Positions 47,441-58,568 are shown, numbered from the stretch's first letter. The stretch: DNA of 64,000 nt from an uncultured Chloroflexia bacterium (GCA_963741445.1 CAVUIE010000006.1:15926-79925), one strand, 5' to 3'. The notes: a model not told the origin generated them from the letters alone. Program-made: numbers and translations.

Positions 47441-48616
47441 ATGCGAAGCCGCGACCTCGGGATCGTCATCGGCCGTCGTCGTCCCGGGCCGGGGAACGCC
47501 ATCACGGACGTCGCGGGCGTTCGCGTGGGCCACGCGACGCTCATCTCCGGCGACGGGCCGCTGGTGGTCGGCCGGGGGCCGGTCCGGACGGGCGTCACGG
47601 TCGTGGTCCCGCACGACGGCGACCCCTGGGCGGAGCCGGTCTTCGCCGGGGCGCACCGCCTCAACGGCAACGGCGAGCTCACCGGCCTGGAGTGGATCCG
47701 CGAGGCGGGTCAGCTGGGCGGGATCGTGGGCCTGACGAACACCCACAGCGTCGGCGTCGTCCACGACGCGCTCATCGCGGCGGTGTATCAAGCCGTGCCG
47801 GATGGGGCGCCGTCCTGGTCCCTCCCGGTGGTCGGCGAGACCTGGGACGGCGCGCTCAACGACATCAACGGGTTCCACGTCCGGCCGGAGCACGTCGACG
47901 CGGCGATCGCGGCCGCCGCAGCCGGGCCGGTCGTCGAGGGCGGCGTCGGCGGCGGGACGGGCATGGTCTGCCACGAGTTCAAGGGCGGGATCGGGACGAG
48001 CTCGCGGGTCACCGACGCGGACGAGGGCGGCTGGACGGTCGGCGCGCTCGTCCAGGCGAACTACGGCCAGCGGACCTGGCTGCGCGTCGACGGCGTGCGG
48101 GTCGGCGAGGCGATCCCGACGACCGACCTGCCATCGCCGTACGACCAGGCGGATGCGATCGCCGCGGGGCGGGCGGCGGGCGGCGCGGCCATGCCCCCGC
48201 CCGGATCCGGCTCGATCATCGTCCTGCTCGCCACCGACGCGCCGCTCCTGCCGCACCAGTGCGAGCGCCTGGCCCAGCGGGCCGGGCTGGGACTCGCCCG
48301 GGTCGGCGGGACGGGCGGGAACTACTCGGGCGACCTCTTCCTGGCCTGGGCGACCGGCAATCGTGGGCTGCCCGGGTTCGCGGGCACCGACCGGCGCGAC
48401 ACGGTCGACGTCCGGATGGTCGCCGACCGGGCCATCGACCCGCTGTTCGAGGCCGCCATCGAGGCGACCGAGGAGGCGATCGTCAACGCGCTGGTCGCGG
48501 CGACGACGATGACGGGCCGGGACGGGATCACCGCCCATGCCCTCCCCCACGACCGGCTCGTGGAGGCGATGGCGCGGGCCGGACGACTCCGGCCCGCGAC
48601 CACGGGACGGGGCTAG
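47441..48616 (+). CDS. DmpA/P1 family L-aminopeptidase/D-esterase
   Basis: Intact ORF; NAITDVAGVRVGH, NGNGELTG, PVVGETWDG, KGGIG, GSII autoproteolysis site, SGD. Confidence 0.93.
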   Translation: MRSRDLGIVIGRRRPGPGNAITDVAGVRVGHATLISGDGPLVVGRGPVRTGVTVVVPHDGDPWAEPVFAGAHRLNGNGELTGLEWIREAGQLGGIVGLTNTHSVGVVHDALIAAVYQAVPDGAPSWSLPVVGETWDGALNDINGFHVRPEHVDAAIAAAAAGPVVEGGVGGGTGMVCHEFKGGIGTSSRVTDADEGGWTVGALVQANYGQRTWLRVDGVRVGEAIPTTDLPSPYDQADAIAAGRAAGGAAMPPPGSGSIIVLLATDAPLLPHQCERLAQRAGLGLARVGGTGGNYSGDLFLAWATGNRGLPGFAGTDRRDTVDVRMVADRAIDPLFEAAIEATEEAIVNALVAATTMTGRDGITAHALPHDRLVEAMARAGRLRPATTGRG

Positions 48617-48629
48617 GCGCCCCGCAGGA

Positions 48630-49496
48630 TCAGGCGACCGCGACCGGCGCCGGCTTCTCGATCGGCACGCCGATGAGGCTGCCGTACTCGGTCCAGCTGC
48701 CGTCGTAGTTGCGGACCCGCTTGTAGCCGAGCAGCTCGTGGAGGACGAACCAGCTGTGGCTGGAGCGCTCCCCGATCCGGCAGTAGGCGATGACGTCCTT
48801 GTCGGGGGTGATGCCCTTCGCCTCGTAGAGCGTCGCGAGCTCCTCGGCCGACTTGAAGGTGCCGTCCTCGCGGACGGTCTGCGCCCACGGGATGGACGCC
48901 GCGCCCGGGATGTGGCCGGCCCGCTGGGCGGTCTCGCTCATGCCGGGGGGCGCGATGATCTCGCCGTTGAACTCGGCCGGGCTGCGCACGTCCACGAGCG
49001 CGAGGGTCTCGTCGCCGAGGCGCGGCAGGATGTCGTCGCGGTAGGCGCGCAGGCCGAAGTCCGGCTCCGGCAGGTCGTAGCCGGTGGGCGCGTAGGCCGG
49101 GACGTCGACGTCGAGGGCGAGACCCTGGTCCAGCCAGTACTTGCGCCCGCCGTTGAGGATGCGGACGTCGCGATGGCCGTACAGCTTCAGCTGCCAGTAC
49201 GCCCACGCCGCGAACCAGTTGTTGTTGTCGCCGTAGAGGATGATCGTGGTGTCCGGCCCGATGCCCGACTCGCTCAGGAGCGTGCTGAAGTCCTCGCGCG
49301 ACGCGATGTCGCGGCGGATGCCGTCGGCGAGCTGGCTCGTCCAGTTCCAGCCGACCGCGCCGGGCAGGTGGCTCTGCTCGTAGGCCGTCGTGTCGACGTC
49401 GACCTCGACGAAGCGGACGGACGGGTCCGAGAGGTGGGCCTGGGCCCAGTCGGCGTCGACGAGGACGTCGTCGCTGGCATATCCGGTGTGCGTCAT
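48630..49496 (-). CDS. Sulfurtransferase (two-domain rhodanese, CysA/SseA type)
   Basis: HLPGA, ILNGG, DVRS..EF, GHIPGA, YCRIGERS, YDGSWTEY. Confidence 0.95.
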   Translation of the reverse strand: MTHTGYASDDVLVDADWAQAHLSDPSVRFVEVDVDTTAYEQSHLPGAVGWNWTSQLADGIRRDIASREDFSTLLSESGIGPDTTIILYGDNNNWFAAWAYWQLKLYGHRDVRILNGGRKYWLDQGLALDVDVPAYAPTGYDLPEPDFGLRAYRDDILPRLGDETLALVDVRSPAEFNGEIIAPPGMSETAQRAGHIPGAASIPWAQTVREDGTFKSAEELATLYEAKGITPDKDVIAYCRIGERSSHSWFVLHELLGYKRVRNYDGSWTEYGSLIGVPIEKPAPVAVA

Positions 49497-49576
49497 GGGG
49501 TCATCCCTTTCCTGGATGTGGTGGCGTCGGAAGCGTGACGCCTTCGATCACGGACGTCGGGGTCGCGGCCCCGGGA

Positions 49577-50062
49577 TCAGTCGCCGGACCCGGGTCGGTC
49601 GCGGCGGCTGAACTCGGCAAGCCGCTCGGTACACGCGGCGGCGAGGCGCTGCGCCTGGCGGACGATCCAGGGATCGACCCGCGACGAGTCCTCGATGGTC
49701 ACGGTCGCCCCGCGGGGACCGTCCGCGAGCTCGATCCCGGAGGTGTTGCGATAGTCGGCCATCCAGTTCGCCTGGAGCTGGAGGATGACATCGGCGACGA
49801 CCGGGACCGGGAACAGCCAGTCGAGGTAGGTCGCGTCGAGGCGATCGGCGAGGTCCGCGAGGCGGACCGGCCGGCCGCGCTCCACGCGCGCCAGCAGGTC
49901 GACGACCCGGAGCGCCGTGAACGGATCGCCGGTCTCGCCGACGGTCGGCGGGGTGACCCGGGGATCCGGGAGCCCGGTGGGGGCGTCCCGGAGCGGGCCG
50001 AGGCCGATCGGCGCGGTCGCCGATCCGGTCGGCTGGACATCGCTCACGGGTGCCTCGGTCAC
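49577..50062 (-). CDS. Hypothetical protein
   Basis: GGAG then GTG; FTALRVVDLLAR...LQLQANWMADYR...DPWIVRQ. Confidence 0.65.
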   Translation of the reverse strand: MTEAPVSDVQPTGSATAPIGLGPLRDAPTGLPDPRVTPPTVGETGDPFTALRVVDLLARVERGRPVRLADLADRLDATYLDWLFPVPVVADVILQLQANWMADYRNTSGIELADGPRGATVTIEDSSRVDPWIVRQAQRLAAACTERLAEFSRRDRPGSGD

Positions 50063-50072
50063 GGCGACGGGG

Positions 50073-50097
50073 ATCTCCGACTGGTTCACTAGGGATT
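50073..50097. promoter_or_regulatory. Rrf2 (IscR/CymR-like) operator candidate
   Basis: ATCTCCGACTGGTTCACTAGGGATT matches 18/25 positions of the IscR type-1 consensus as recalled; just downstream of a minus-strand TGnTAGGCT -10. Confidence 0.45.
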
Positions 50098-50279
50098 GGG
50101 TCCGCCAGCCTAGCACGAGGCCCTCGGCGGATGCCAATGGCCGGGCCGCCGGTGGCCGAACCTTTATCGACTCGATACCCCAGTCCAAACGCATCCGCGT
50201 CATGCTGCACCCAGCCGGGAGACGCCCGGATGCCGGGCCGCGCCTGCGGCTCGACCGTCCCGTCGCACACGCGTGAGTC

Positions 50280-51638
50280 ATGTTGCCCCCTCTCGAGCCC
50301 GACCGAACCCCGACCGAACCGACCTACGAACCCGGCCCACCGGCTGCGACCCCGGTCGTGCCCGGTCCCTCCCTGGCGCCGGCGACATCGGCGGACGATC
50401 GTGGGCGTCGTTCGTGGCGCAAGCGGGCGGTCCTCGCGACGGCACTCGTGGCGACGTTCGTCGTCGGGATCGGGGTCGGCACGGCGGGAACGCTCGCCAC
50501 GACCCCGAGTCCCAACGGCTCCGACGACAAGGAGTTCGCGCTCATCCGCGAGGCGTGGGACACGCTCCACAAGGAGTACGTCGCCCGCGCGGAGCTCGAC
50601 GACCAGGCGCTCGCCTGGGGGTCGATCGAGGGGATGACCGAGGCGGTCGGCGACACCGGCCACACCTCGTTCATGACCCCGGCCGAGCGCGCCGCGAACG
50701 CGGCCGGCCTGTCCGGCACGTACGTCGGGATCGGCGTCAAGGTCGACGCCGCCGCGGACGGCCGTCCGCTGATCATCACGGTGTTCAAGGACAGCCCCGC
50801 CGAGAAGGCCGGGCTCAAGGCCGGCGACATCGTCGTGAGCGTCGACGGCAAGGAGACGAGCGGGCACGAGATCGGCGAGGTCATCGGCTGGATCCGCGGC
50901 GAGGCCGGGACCAAGGTCGCCGTCACCGTCCGCAACGGCGTCGACGGCGAGGACCGCGAGTACACCCTCGAGCGCGCCGACGTGCCGGTGCAGTCCGTCT
51001 CCTGGACGATGGTCCCGGGCTCGCGCACCGCGCTGCTGGCCCTCGACTCGTTCTCGAACGGCGCCGCCGACGAGGTCGTCGACGCCCTCAAGGCGATCAA
51101 GGAGGCCGGTGCGGACCGGCTCATCCTCGACCTGCGCGGCAACCCGGGCGGCTACGTCAACGAGGCGGTCGGCGTCGCGAGCCAGTTCCTCACCAAGGGC
51201 GACGTCTACGTCGAGCGCGATGCCGACGGCCACGAGACCCACCACCCGGTCTCCGCCGACGGCGTGGCCACCGACATCCCGCTGGTCGTGCTCGTCGACA
51301 GCGGGACCGCCAGCTCGGCCGAGATCGTCTCGGGCGCGCTGCAGGACGCCAAGCGAGCCGAGGTCATCGGCGTCGCGACCTACGGGACCGGCACGGTCCT
51401 CGGTGAGTTCCCGCTCTCGGACGGGTCGGCGATGCGCATCGGCACGGTCGAGTGGCTCACGCCCGGCGGCCGGCGCATCTGGCACGAGGGCATCGTCCCG
51501 GACGTCGTCGTGGAACGCGCCACGGACGTCGCGGCCGTGAGCCCCGACGAGGTGCGCGGCTTCACGCCGGCCCAGGTGGACGCGATCAAGGACCCGCAGC
51601 TGGCCAAGGCGCTGAGCGTGGTCGCCTCGATCCGCTAG
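50280..51638 (+). CDS. S41 carboxyl-terminal processing protease with PDZ domain
   Basis: Intact ORF; TM anchor, GIGV, SPAEKAGLKAGD, DLRGNPGG, TASSAEI. Confidence 0.93.
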   Translation: MLPPLEPDRTPTEPTYEPGPPAATPVVPGPSLAPATSADDRGRRSWRKRAVLATALVATFVVGIGVGTAGTLATTPSPNGSDDKEFALIREAWDTLHKEYVARAELDDQALAWGSIEGMTEAVGDTGHTSFMTPAERAANAAGLSGTYVGIGVKVDAAADGRPLIITVFKDSPAEKAGLKAGDIVVSVDGKETSGHEIGEVIGWIRGEAGTKVAVTVRNGVDGEDREYTLERADVPVQSVSWTMVPGSRTALLALDSFSNGAADEVVDALKAIKEAGADRLILDLRGNPGGYVNEAVGVASQFLTKGDVYVERDADGHETHHPVSADGVATDIPLVVLVDSGTASSAEIVSGALQDAKRAEVIGVATYGTGTVLGEFPLSDGSAMRIGTVEWLTPGGRRIWHEGIVPDVVVERATDVAAVSPDEVRGFTPAQVDAIKDPQLAKALSVVASIR

Positions 51639-51946
51639 GGCTCGGGGTCGGTCGGCGCCGGCGGGTCGTCCCGCCGCTCGTCCGGCAGCTCGATCGAGAG
51701 GTTGCCGCCGTCGGAGGCGGCGACCGGCGCGATGGGCTTGGCCGATTCGACCAGCTCGGTCGGCGGCTTCGTCGCGCGGAAGACCTGGTAGTCGAACCCG
51801 ACGATCATCCCGCCCATCGTGTCGCCGAGTGACCGGCGCCGACGCTTCCGCGGGCGGCCGGGATCGACGGGTTCGGGACCCCGACCGTCCGGGCCGTCGG
51901 CCCCGGACGGATCGTCCCCGTCGGCGGGGTCGCTAGAGGAGCTCAC
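51635..51946 (-). CDS. Small hypothetical protein
   Basis: GTGA overlap with the upstream ORF; core GGMIVGFDYQVFRATKPP. Confidence 0.55.
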   Translation of the reverse strand: MSSSSDPADGDDPSGADGPDGRGPEPVDPGRPRKRRRRSLGDTMGGMIVGFDYQVFRATKPPTELVESAKPIAPVAASDGGNLSIELPDERRDDPPAPTDPEP

Positions 51947-53506
51947 CGTGGGCCGAGGCCGTCGGCTCGCCCTCGCGCGGTCGCGGCTCCTCGCCGGGGC
52001 CGTAGTCGGCGTCCGGCGTCCGTCGGGACGTCGCCCGACTCGAGCACGCGGAGCGGCGCGCCGGCCGTGCCCTCGATCGCGCCGACGCCGTACGGGACCC
52101 ATTTCGACGGGTCCTGCAGGCGGTGCGCCTCCGTGTTGCCGCGGGTGTGGATCTCGGAGAAGCCCTTGGGCTCGATCCACATCCGCTCGCCCTCGAGCAG
52201 GCCCAGGACGCCCGACTGGCCGGGCTCGGGGCGCTCGTGCTGGCAGTAGGCGCAGCGCGACGAGTCGTGCTTCTGGTAGGTCTCGGGCTCCTCGTAGGTC
52301 GTGATGTAGCCCTCGTAGTTGCGCAGCACCACCTTGTGGTCGCTGTACGAGATCAGGTAGTTGGGCATCACCGGGATCTTGCCGCCGCCGCCCGGCGCGT
52401 CGATGACGTAGGTCGGCACGGCGTAGCCCGAGGTGTGCCCGCGCAGCCCCTCCATGATCTCGAGGCCCTTGCCGACCGGCGTCCGGAAGTGGCCGGACCC
52501 CTCCACCAGGTCGCACTGGTAGAGGTAGTACGGCCGGATGCGGTTGGCGACGAGCTTGTGGACGAGGTTGCGCTGGATGTGGACGCAGTCGTTGACGCCG
52601 GCCAGCAGCACGCTCTGGTTGCCGACCGGGAGGCCCGCCCGGGTCAGCTTGTCGACCGCGCGCGAGACCTCCGGGGTGATCTCGTTGGGGTGGTTGAAGT
52701 GGAGGTTGATCCAGAGCGGGTGGTACTTGGCGAGCATCTCGCACAGCTCGTCGTCGATCCGCTGGGGCAGGAAGACCGGCACGCGGCTCCCGATCCGGAT
52801 GATCTCGATGTGCGGGATCTCGCGCAGGCCGCGCAGGATCTTCTCGAAGAGCTTGGGCGCGAGCGTCAGGCCGTCGCCGCCGGAGATCAGGACGTCGCGG
52901 ACCTGCGGGGTCCGGCGCAGGTACTCCAGCTGCGCCTCGTGGTCGCGGCTGTTGAAGTTCTGGGTGGGGTCGCCCACGATGCGCGACCGCGTGCAGTAGC
53001 GGCAGTACGACGCGCACTGGGTCGTGACCAGCATCAGGACCCGGTCGGGGTAGCGGTGGACGAGACCCGGGACCGGCGAGTGGCGGTCCTCGGCGAGCGA
53101 GTCCTCCATCATCGCGGTGAAGGCCTGGTGCTCCCGCGCGCTCGGGATGACCTGGCGGCGGATCGGGTCGTCCGGGTCCGTTCGGGTCCATCAGGCTGAT
53201 GAAGTACGGCGTGATGTCGACGCGGAACTTCTCGGGCGCGGACAGGCCCTCGCGCTCGTCGTCGGTCAGCTCGAGGACCTGCTCGATCTCCTCGAGGTCG
53301 TTGACCCGGTGGCTCAGCTGCCAGCGCCAGTCGTTCCACTGCTCGTCGGGGATGTCCGCCCACAGCGGGGCGCGGCGGCTGACCGCGGGGCGCCCGTCAG
53401 GCCCGAGGACCTGGGCGGGATCCGCCCGGTTGACGAACGGGACCTCGGCCGCCGCGCGGGCGGCGTCCTGGTGGGCGACGGCGGACTGGATCTCGCGGGC
53501 ATCCAA
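51943..53506 (-). CDS. kamA: Lysine 2,3-aminomutase (KamA family radical SAM/PLP enzyme); frameshifted
   Basis: WNDWRWQL, HRYPDR, CASYCRYCTR, SGGD, RIGSR, HFNHP, NQSVLL, PYYLYQCD, DAPGGGGK, RNYEG. Confidence 0.92.
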
Positions 53507-53539
53507 CGCTGGCTGGCCTCCGACGACGGATCGGGCTTC

Positions 53540-53560
53540 GATGCATAGAAAGTATGCATC
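53540..53560. promoter_or_regulatory. AT-rich palindromic operator upstream of kamA
   Basis: GATGCATA-GAAAG-TATGCATC, perfect 8-bp inverted repeat in GC-rich DNA. Confidence 0.55.
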
Positions 53561-53694
53561 CTGCAAGTCGGCGGATGATAGCGCGATGGTCCCGCCCGGG
53601 TCCAGCGCATGGTCGGTCGCGGGCGTCGGTGCGGATCGAGGGTCGGTCGGTCGCGTGGTCGGTCGGGGCTGCGTCGCGGCGGTCGCCGCGGGCG

Positions 53695-54015
53695 TCAGTC
53701 GCCGATGACCGCCCAGAGGAAGCCCATCATGATGAAGAAGCCGGTGAACAGGGCGATGAGCCCGATCGCGCCGTACGGCGAGCCGGCCCCCTCGTGGGGC
53801 ACGAGCTGCAGGGTGATCCCGAAGAACAGCGCCCACAGGACGAACAGGAACCCGAACAGGTACTTGCCGTTCGGGTTCGTGACCCGGCGCACCCAGCGCG
53901 AGCCGCCCTCGGTGGAGATCGCGGCGCGGAGCATGATCCCGATCATCAGGATGACGACCGCCGCCGAGATCCCGAACGGGATCGGCTCGGTGAAGGGGAC
54001 CAGGAAGAGCTGCAT
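53695..54015 (-). CDS. Hypothetical membrane protein
   Basis: Intact 106-aa ORF with three TM segments; TAGCAT 7 nt upstream of the ATG. Confidence 0.75.
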   Translation of the reverse strand: MQLFLVPFTEPIPFGISAAVVILMIGIMLRAAISTEGGSRWVRRVTNPNGKYLFGFLFVLWALFFGITLQLVPHEGAGSPYGAIGLIALFTGFFIMMGFLWAVIGD

Positions 54016-54079
54016 CGGCGCGATGCTACCAGATGGCCCGTGGGCCCAGAACGGCCCTCGCGACTAGGATGGGAGTCCC

Positions 54080-56357
54080 GTGAGTCCCTTCGATCGCCTT
54101 GGCCGCTTCGTCGCGCGTCGGGCGTGGCTCGTGGTCGGCGCGTGGGCCCTCGTCCTGCTGGCCGCGATCCCGCTCGCGCCGCGTGTCCCGGGCGTCCTGT
54201 CGGCCGGCGGCTTCATCCTCGACGACCTCGAATCGGCCCGGGCCAAGGCCCTCCTCGGGACCGAGCTCGGCCTCCCGCCGTCGGCGCTCGTCATCGTCTT
54301 CAGCAGCCCGACGCTCGAGGCCGGGACGCCCGCCTTCGAAGGCGCCGCGGCGGCGGCCGTCGCCGACATCGCGAGCGCGCCGCATGTCGCCCGCGTGGTG
54401 CCGCACCTCCTGTCCCCGCGGCAGATCTCGGCCGACCGGCACACGGCCTACGACATCGTCTTCCTCGACCTGCCGCCGGACGACTCGCCCGAGGCCCTGC
54501 CGATCCTGCGCGAGCGGCTCCACGAGGCGCCCGGCCTGACCGTCGAGCTGGCCGGCGGCCCGGCGTTCTACGGCGACGTCCAGAGCGTGTCCGAGGCGGA
54601 CCTCCGGCGGAGCGAGGTCATCTCGCTGCCGCTCGCCGCGCTCGCGCTGCTGGTCGTCTTCGGCTCCGCGGTGGCGGCCGGGGTGCCGCTGATCGTCGGC
54701 GGCACGGCCGTCGTGGTCGCGCTCGCGGGCATCTTCCTCGTCGGGTCCGTGATGCCGATGAGCATCTTCGTGCTCAACCTGGCGACGCTGCTCGGCCTCG
54801 GCCTGGGCGTGGACTACTCGCTGCTGCTGACGAGCCGCTTCCGCGAGGAGCTGGCCCGCCGGCCGGCCGGCCCCGAGCGCGTCCCCGACGCCGTGCGGGT
54901 GACGGTCGCCACGGCCGGGCGCGCGGTGTTCTTCAGCGGGCTGACGGTGCTGCTCGGCCTCCTCGGGCTGGTCCTGTTCGAGTTCATGATCCTGCGCTCG
55001 GTCGGGATCGCCGGCGCGATCGTCGTCGGGCTCGCGGTCCTCTCGGCGCTGACGCTGCTGCCGGCGATCCTCGCGATCGTCGGCGAGCGCATCGACCGCT
55101 ATCGGCATCCGGACCGTGCGGCCGGCGGACCGCGTCGACGGCCCGTGGGCGCGCCTCGCCCGGCGGGTCATGCGCCATCCGGTCGCGGTGCTGATCCCGA
55201 CGCTGCTGTTCCTGCTCGTGCTCGGCTCGCCGTTCCTGCACGTCCGGTTCAACGCCCCGGACGCCTCGATCCTGCCCGCGAGCGTCCCGTCGCGCGCCGC
55301 CTTCGACCGCCTCGCCGCCGACTTCGGCGAGGGCGAGTTCGCCCCGATCGTGCTGGCGATCCGGACCACGCGGCGACGCCACCGGCCCCGAGAACCTCGC
55401 GACGCTCTACGACTACTCGAGGCGCCTGGCGGCGGACCCGCGCGATCACGCGCGTCGAGAGCCTCGTGGACGCCGACCCGCGCCTGACCCTCGACCAGTA
55501 CCGGCTCCTCTACGGCGGACCCGAACGGACCGCGCGACCGCTACCTCGCCACGGCCCTCGCGGCGACCACCAAGGCCGACCTGACGGCGTTCACGATCTA
55601 CACGCCGTACGGGCCGAACCGCGACGAGGGCCGCGACCTCGTGGCCGACCTGCGCTCCCCGACCGGGCCGCTGGCCGCCCCGGCCGGCACGACCGTGCTG
55701 GTCGGCGGCGGGGCCGCGGACGTGACCGACGTCGTCGGGCGGGTCGCGGCCGACTTCCCGCGGACCGCGCTGTTCATCATCGTGACCACGTACCTCGTGC
55801 TGTTCGCGCTGCTCCGCTCGGTGGTGCTCCCGGCCAAGGCGCTGGTGATGAACACGCTCTCGATCGTCGCGAGCTTCGGCGCGCTGGTCTGGATCTTCCA
55901 GGACGGGAACCTCTCGTCGATCCTCGGGTTCCAGCCGCTCGGCTTCGTCGAGACGACCCAGCCCGTGATCCTCTTCTGCGTCCTGTTCGGGCTGTCGATG
56001 GACTACGAGGTCTTCCTGCTCTCGCGCATGAAGGAGGTCTGGGACCGGACCGGCGACAACACCGAGGCGGTCGCCCGCGGCCTCGAGCGGAGCGGTCGGA
56101 TCGTGACCTCCGCCGCGCTGATCGTGGTCCTCGTCGCCGGGTCGTTCGCCTTCGCCGACATCGTGCTGATCAAGGCGCTCGGCGTGGGGATGGCCATCGC
56201 GGTGGCTCTCGACGCGACCGTCGTGCGGGCGCTCCTCGTGCCGGCGACGATGCGGCTCCTCGGCAAGTGGAACTGGTGGATGCCGTCCACGCTGGAGCGC
56301 TACGTGGCGAACCGGCTGCCCGCCCCCGAGGCCGACATCGAGGCGGCGCTCCGATGA
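54080..56357 (+). CDS. MMPL family (RND) transporter; frameshifted
   Basis: GLGVDYSLLLTSRFREE, AGRAVFFSG, FGLSMDYEVFLLSR, DATVVRALLVPA. Confidence 0.93.
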
Positions 56358-57568
56358 GCGGACGATCCGCCGGCTCGGCGCCCGGTCGACGCCGGATCGC
56401 TCGTGGCCCTCGCGGTCGTGGCGGCGGTCCTCGCCGGCTGCACGGCCGGCGCCCCGATCCTGGCCAACCCGACCGCGCCGGGACCGGTCGTGCCGTCGCC
56501 CGCGCCGACGCCCGCGGCCGTCGCCGATCCGCTCCCCGTGGTCCTGCCGCGGGACGACGGCCCGCACGACCGCCTGACCGAGTGGTGGTACGACACGGGC
56601 CACCTGCGGACCACCGACGGGCGGCGCTTCGGCTTCGAATACGTGATCTTCCGCGCCGAGCGCGGCGCGTTCCCGACGTCGTGGGCCTCGCACCTGGCGA
56701 TCACCGACGAGACCGGCGACCGCTTCGTCTACGCCCAGCGGCTCGAGGTGGGCCCGTCCGTCGACCGCTCGCCGCGCGGCGCCGACGGCGAGCCGACCGG
56801 CTTCGACCTCTCGCTGACGGGGCTCGACCCATCGAACCCGGCCACGGCCGGTCGCCCGGCCTGGACGATGACCGGCGCGGGCGGCGCGGACCGGCTCGTC
56901 GGCCATGGCGGCTCCCGACGAGGCCGCCGCGGCCGGCTCGCCCGGCGGGTTCGGCCTGGACCTGCTGCTGGCCGCCGCCAAGCCGCCGGCCCTCCACGAC
57001 CACGACGGCTGGATCGACTTCGGCGAGGCCGGCAGCTCGTACTACTACTCGCGGACCGCGATGACCGCCACGGGGAGCCTGACCCTCGACGGCGAGCGCC
57101 TGGCCGTCGAGGGCGAGGCCTGGTTCGACCACCAGTGGGGCGACTTCATCTCGATCGGCGGCGGCGGCTGGGACTGGTTCGCCGTGAACCTCGACGACGG
57201 CACGGACCTGACGCTGTCGCTGGTCCGCGACGCCGACGGCGCGTATCCGCTGGTCTACGGCACGCTCGTCGCCCGCGACGGGACGGCGCGCCACCTCGAC
57301 CGCGACGCGTTCACCGTCGAGGTGACCGGCCGCTGGACCGAGCCCGGCGACCGGCGCGGACTACCCCGCCGGCTGGCGGGTGGCCATCCCCGGCGAGCGG
57401 CTCTCGATCGAGCTGACGCCGACGGTCGCCGACCAGGAGCTCGACACGCGGGCGACGACCGGGGTCATCTACTGGGAGGGCTCGCAGGTCGTGCGGGCGG
57501 AGCGGGACGGCGTGCCGCTCGGCGGCGAGGCGTACGTGGAGCTGACGGGCTACGCAGGACCGCGCTGA
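56354..57568 (+). CDS. AttH/CrtC-like lipocalin-domain lipoprotein; frameshifted
   Basis: Lipobox LAGC, EWWYDTG, SYYYS, AWFDHQWG, GWDWF, DQEL, YWEG, YVELTGY. Confidence 0.85.
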
Positions 57569-58404
57569 GCGCGGATGCAGGACCGCGCTGAGCGCGGCGC
57601 GGTCCACTTCGGGCGCGAGCGCCCCGAGGTCGACCGCCGGCAGCTCCACCTCGGCGACCGCGGCGAGCGTCCGCGACGGCCTCGTCGAGGGCGGGCAGAG
57701 CCCTTCAGGATCTTGAGCATCGCCTTCGCGTTGGCGCGATACGCCTTGGTGTCGGAGATCGAATCGCCCAGGCTCGCGTGCGCCGAGGTCGCGATCGCGG
57801 CGTAGAACGCGGCCCGGTCCCCGGAGAGCGTCTCGCCGCCCGGCCACGCGGCGATGCGCGGGGCGATGTCGGCGCCGATGGCGGCGTCGGCGGAGAGCGA
57901 GCGCAGGACCTTGGCGATGTCGTTGGCGGTGCCGCTGCCGGCGATCCGCGACAGCGCGGTGGCGTCGTCGGCGATGCGGGCATCGAGGATCGCGGTCTGG
58001 CGCAGGGCGGACAGGGCGGCGGGCGGGACCGGGATGGCGGTGGCGACCGGGATCGCGCTCGGGCCGGCGGCCGCGCTCGCGACGGGCTTCGCGACCCCGT
58101 CGGCGGGGTCGAACGCGGTGGTCGCGGTCGGGTCCACGAGGGACTTGATGACGACGGAGGTGACCATGCCGCCGACGAACAGGCCGACGATGGCGCCGAA
58201 GCCGATCAGGGTGACCGCACGTCGGACCGCGACGCCCATGATCAGCCGCGTGCCGCAGCCGGGGCACTTCGGCGTGCCGTCGGTCAACGGTCGCGAGCAC
58301 GTCGGGCAGTTGAAGACGTGCGCATCCGCCTCGCCGATCGCGAGCTTCGGCGGTCCGTCCGGTCGCTGGCCGGACAGCCGGCCACGCAGAAGATTGAAGG
58401 TCAT
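57550..58404 (-). CDS. Hypothetical membrane protein with N-terminal zinc ribbon; 3' end uncertain
   Basis: CPTC...CPGC followed by a TM helix and a helical domain. Confidence 0.6.
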   Translation of the reverse strand: MTFNLLRGRLSGQRPDGPPKLAIGEADAHVFNCPTCSRPLTDGTPKCPGCGTRLIMGVAVRRAVTLIGFGAIVGLFVGGMVTSVVIKSLVDPTATTAFDPADGVAKPVASAAAGPSAIPVATAIPVPPAALSALRQTAILDARIADDATALSRIAGSGTANDIAKVLRSLSADAAIGADIAPRIAAWPGGETLSGDRAAFYAAIATSAHASLGDSISDTKAYRANAKAMLKILKGSARPRRGRRGRSPRSPRWSCRRSTSGRSRPKWTAPRSARSCIRAQRGPA

Positions 58405-58513
58405 CCCGTCGAGTGTGGCCGTCGGACGCGCGGATGCACCCGACCCGATGGTCCCGAGACGCGCCGGGACGTTCGGTCGCCGCCGAGCGCGGCGGACGGC
58501 GCCGCACGCGCCG

Positions 58514-58536
58514 TTGCTGAGACTGAGTATCGACAA
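58514..58536. promoter_or_regulatory. Fur/Zur-family box candidate
   Basis: TTGCTGAGACTGAGTATCGACAA, 23-bp imperfect palindrome (16/23 self-complementary) upstream of the Fur-family gene. Confidence 0.5.
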
Positions 58537-58568
58537 GCCGATGCGTTCCCTGCTAGCGTTCCGCGGGC

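Noticed and set aside
42912-53506. GNAT plus KamA as an ablAB N-acetyl-beta-lysine osmolyte pathway
   Set aside because: The genes are over 8 kb apart on opposite strands, and the GNAT is short and coupled to an unrelated membrane protein.
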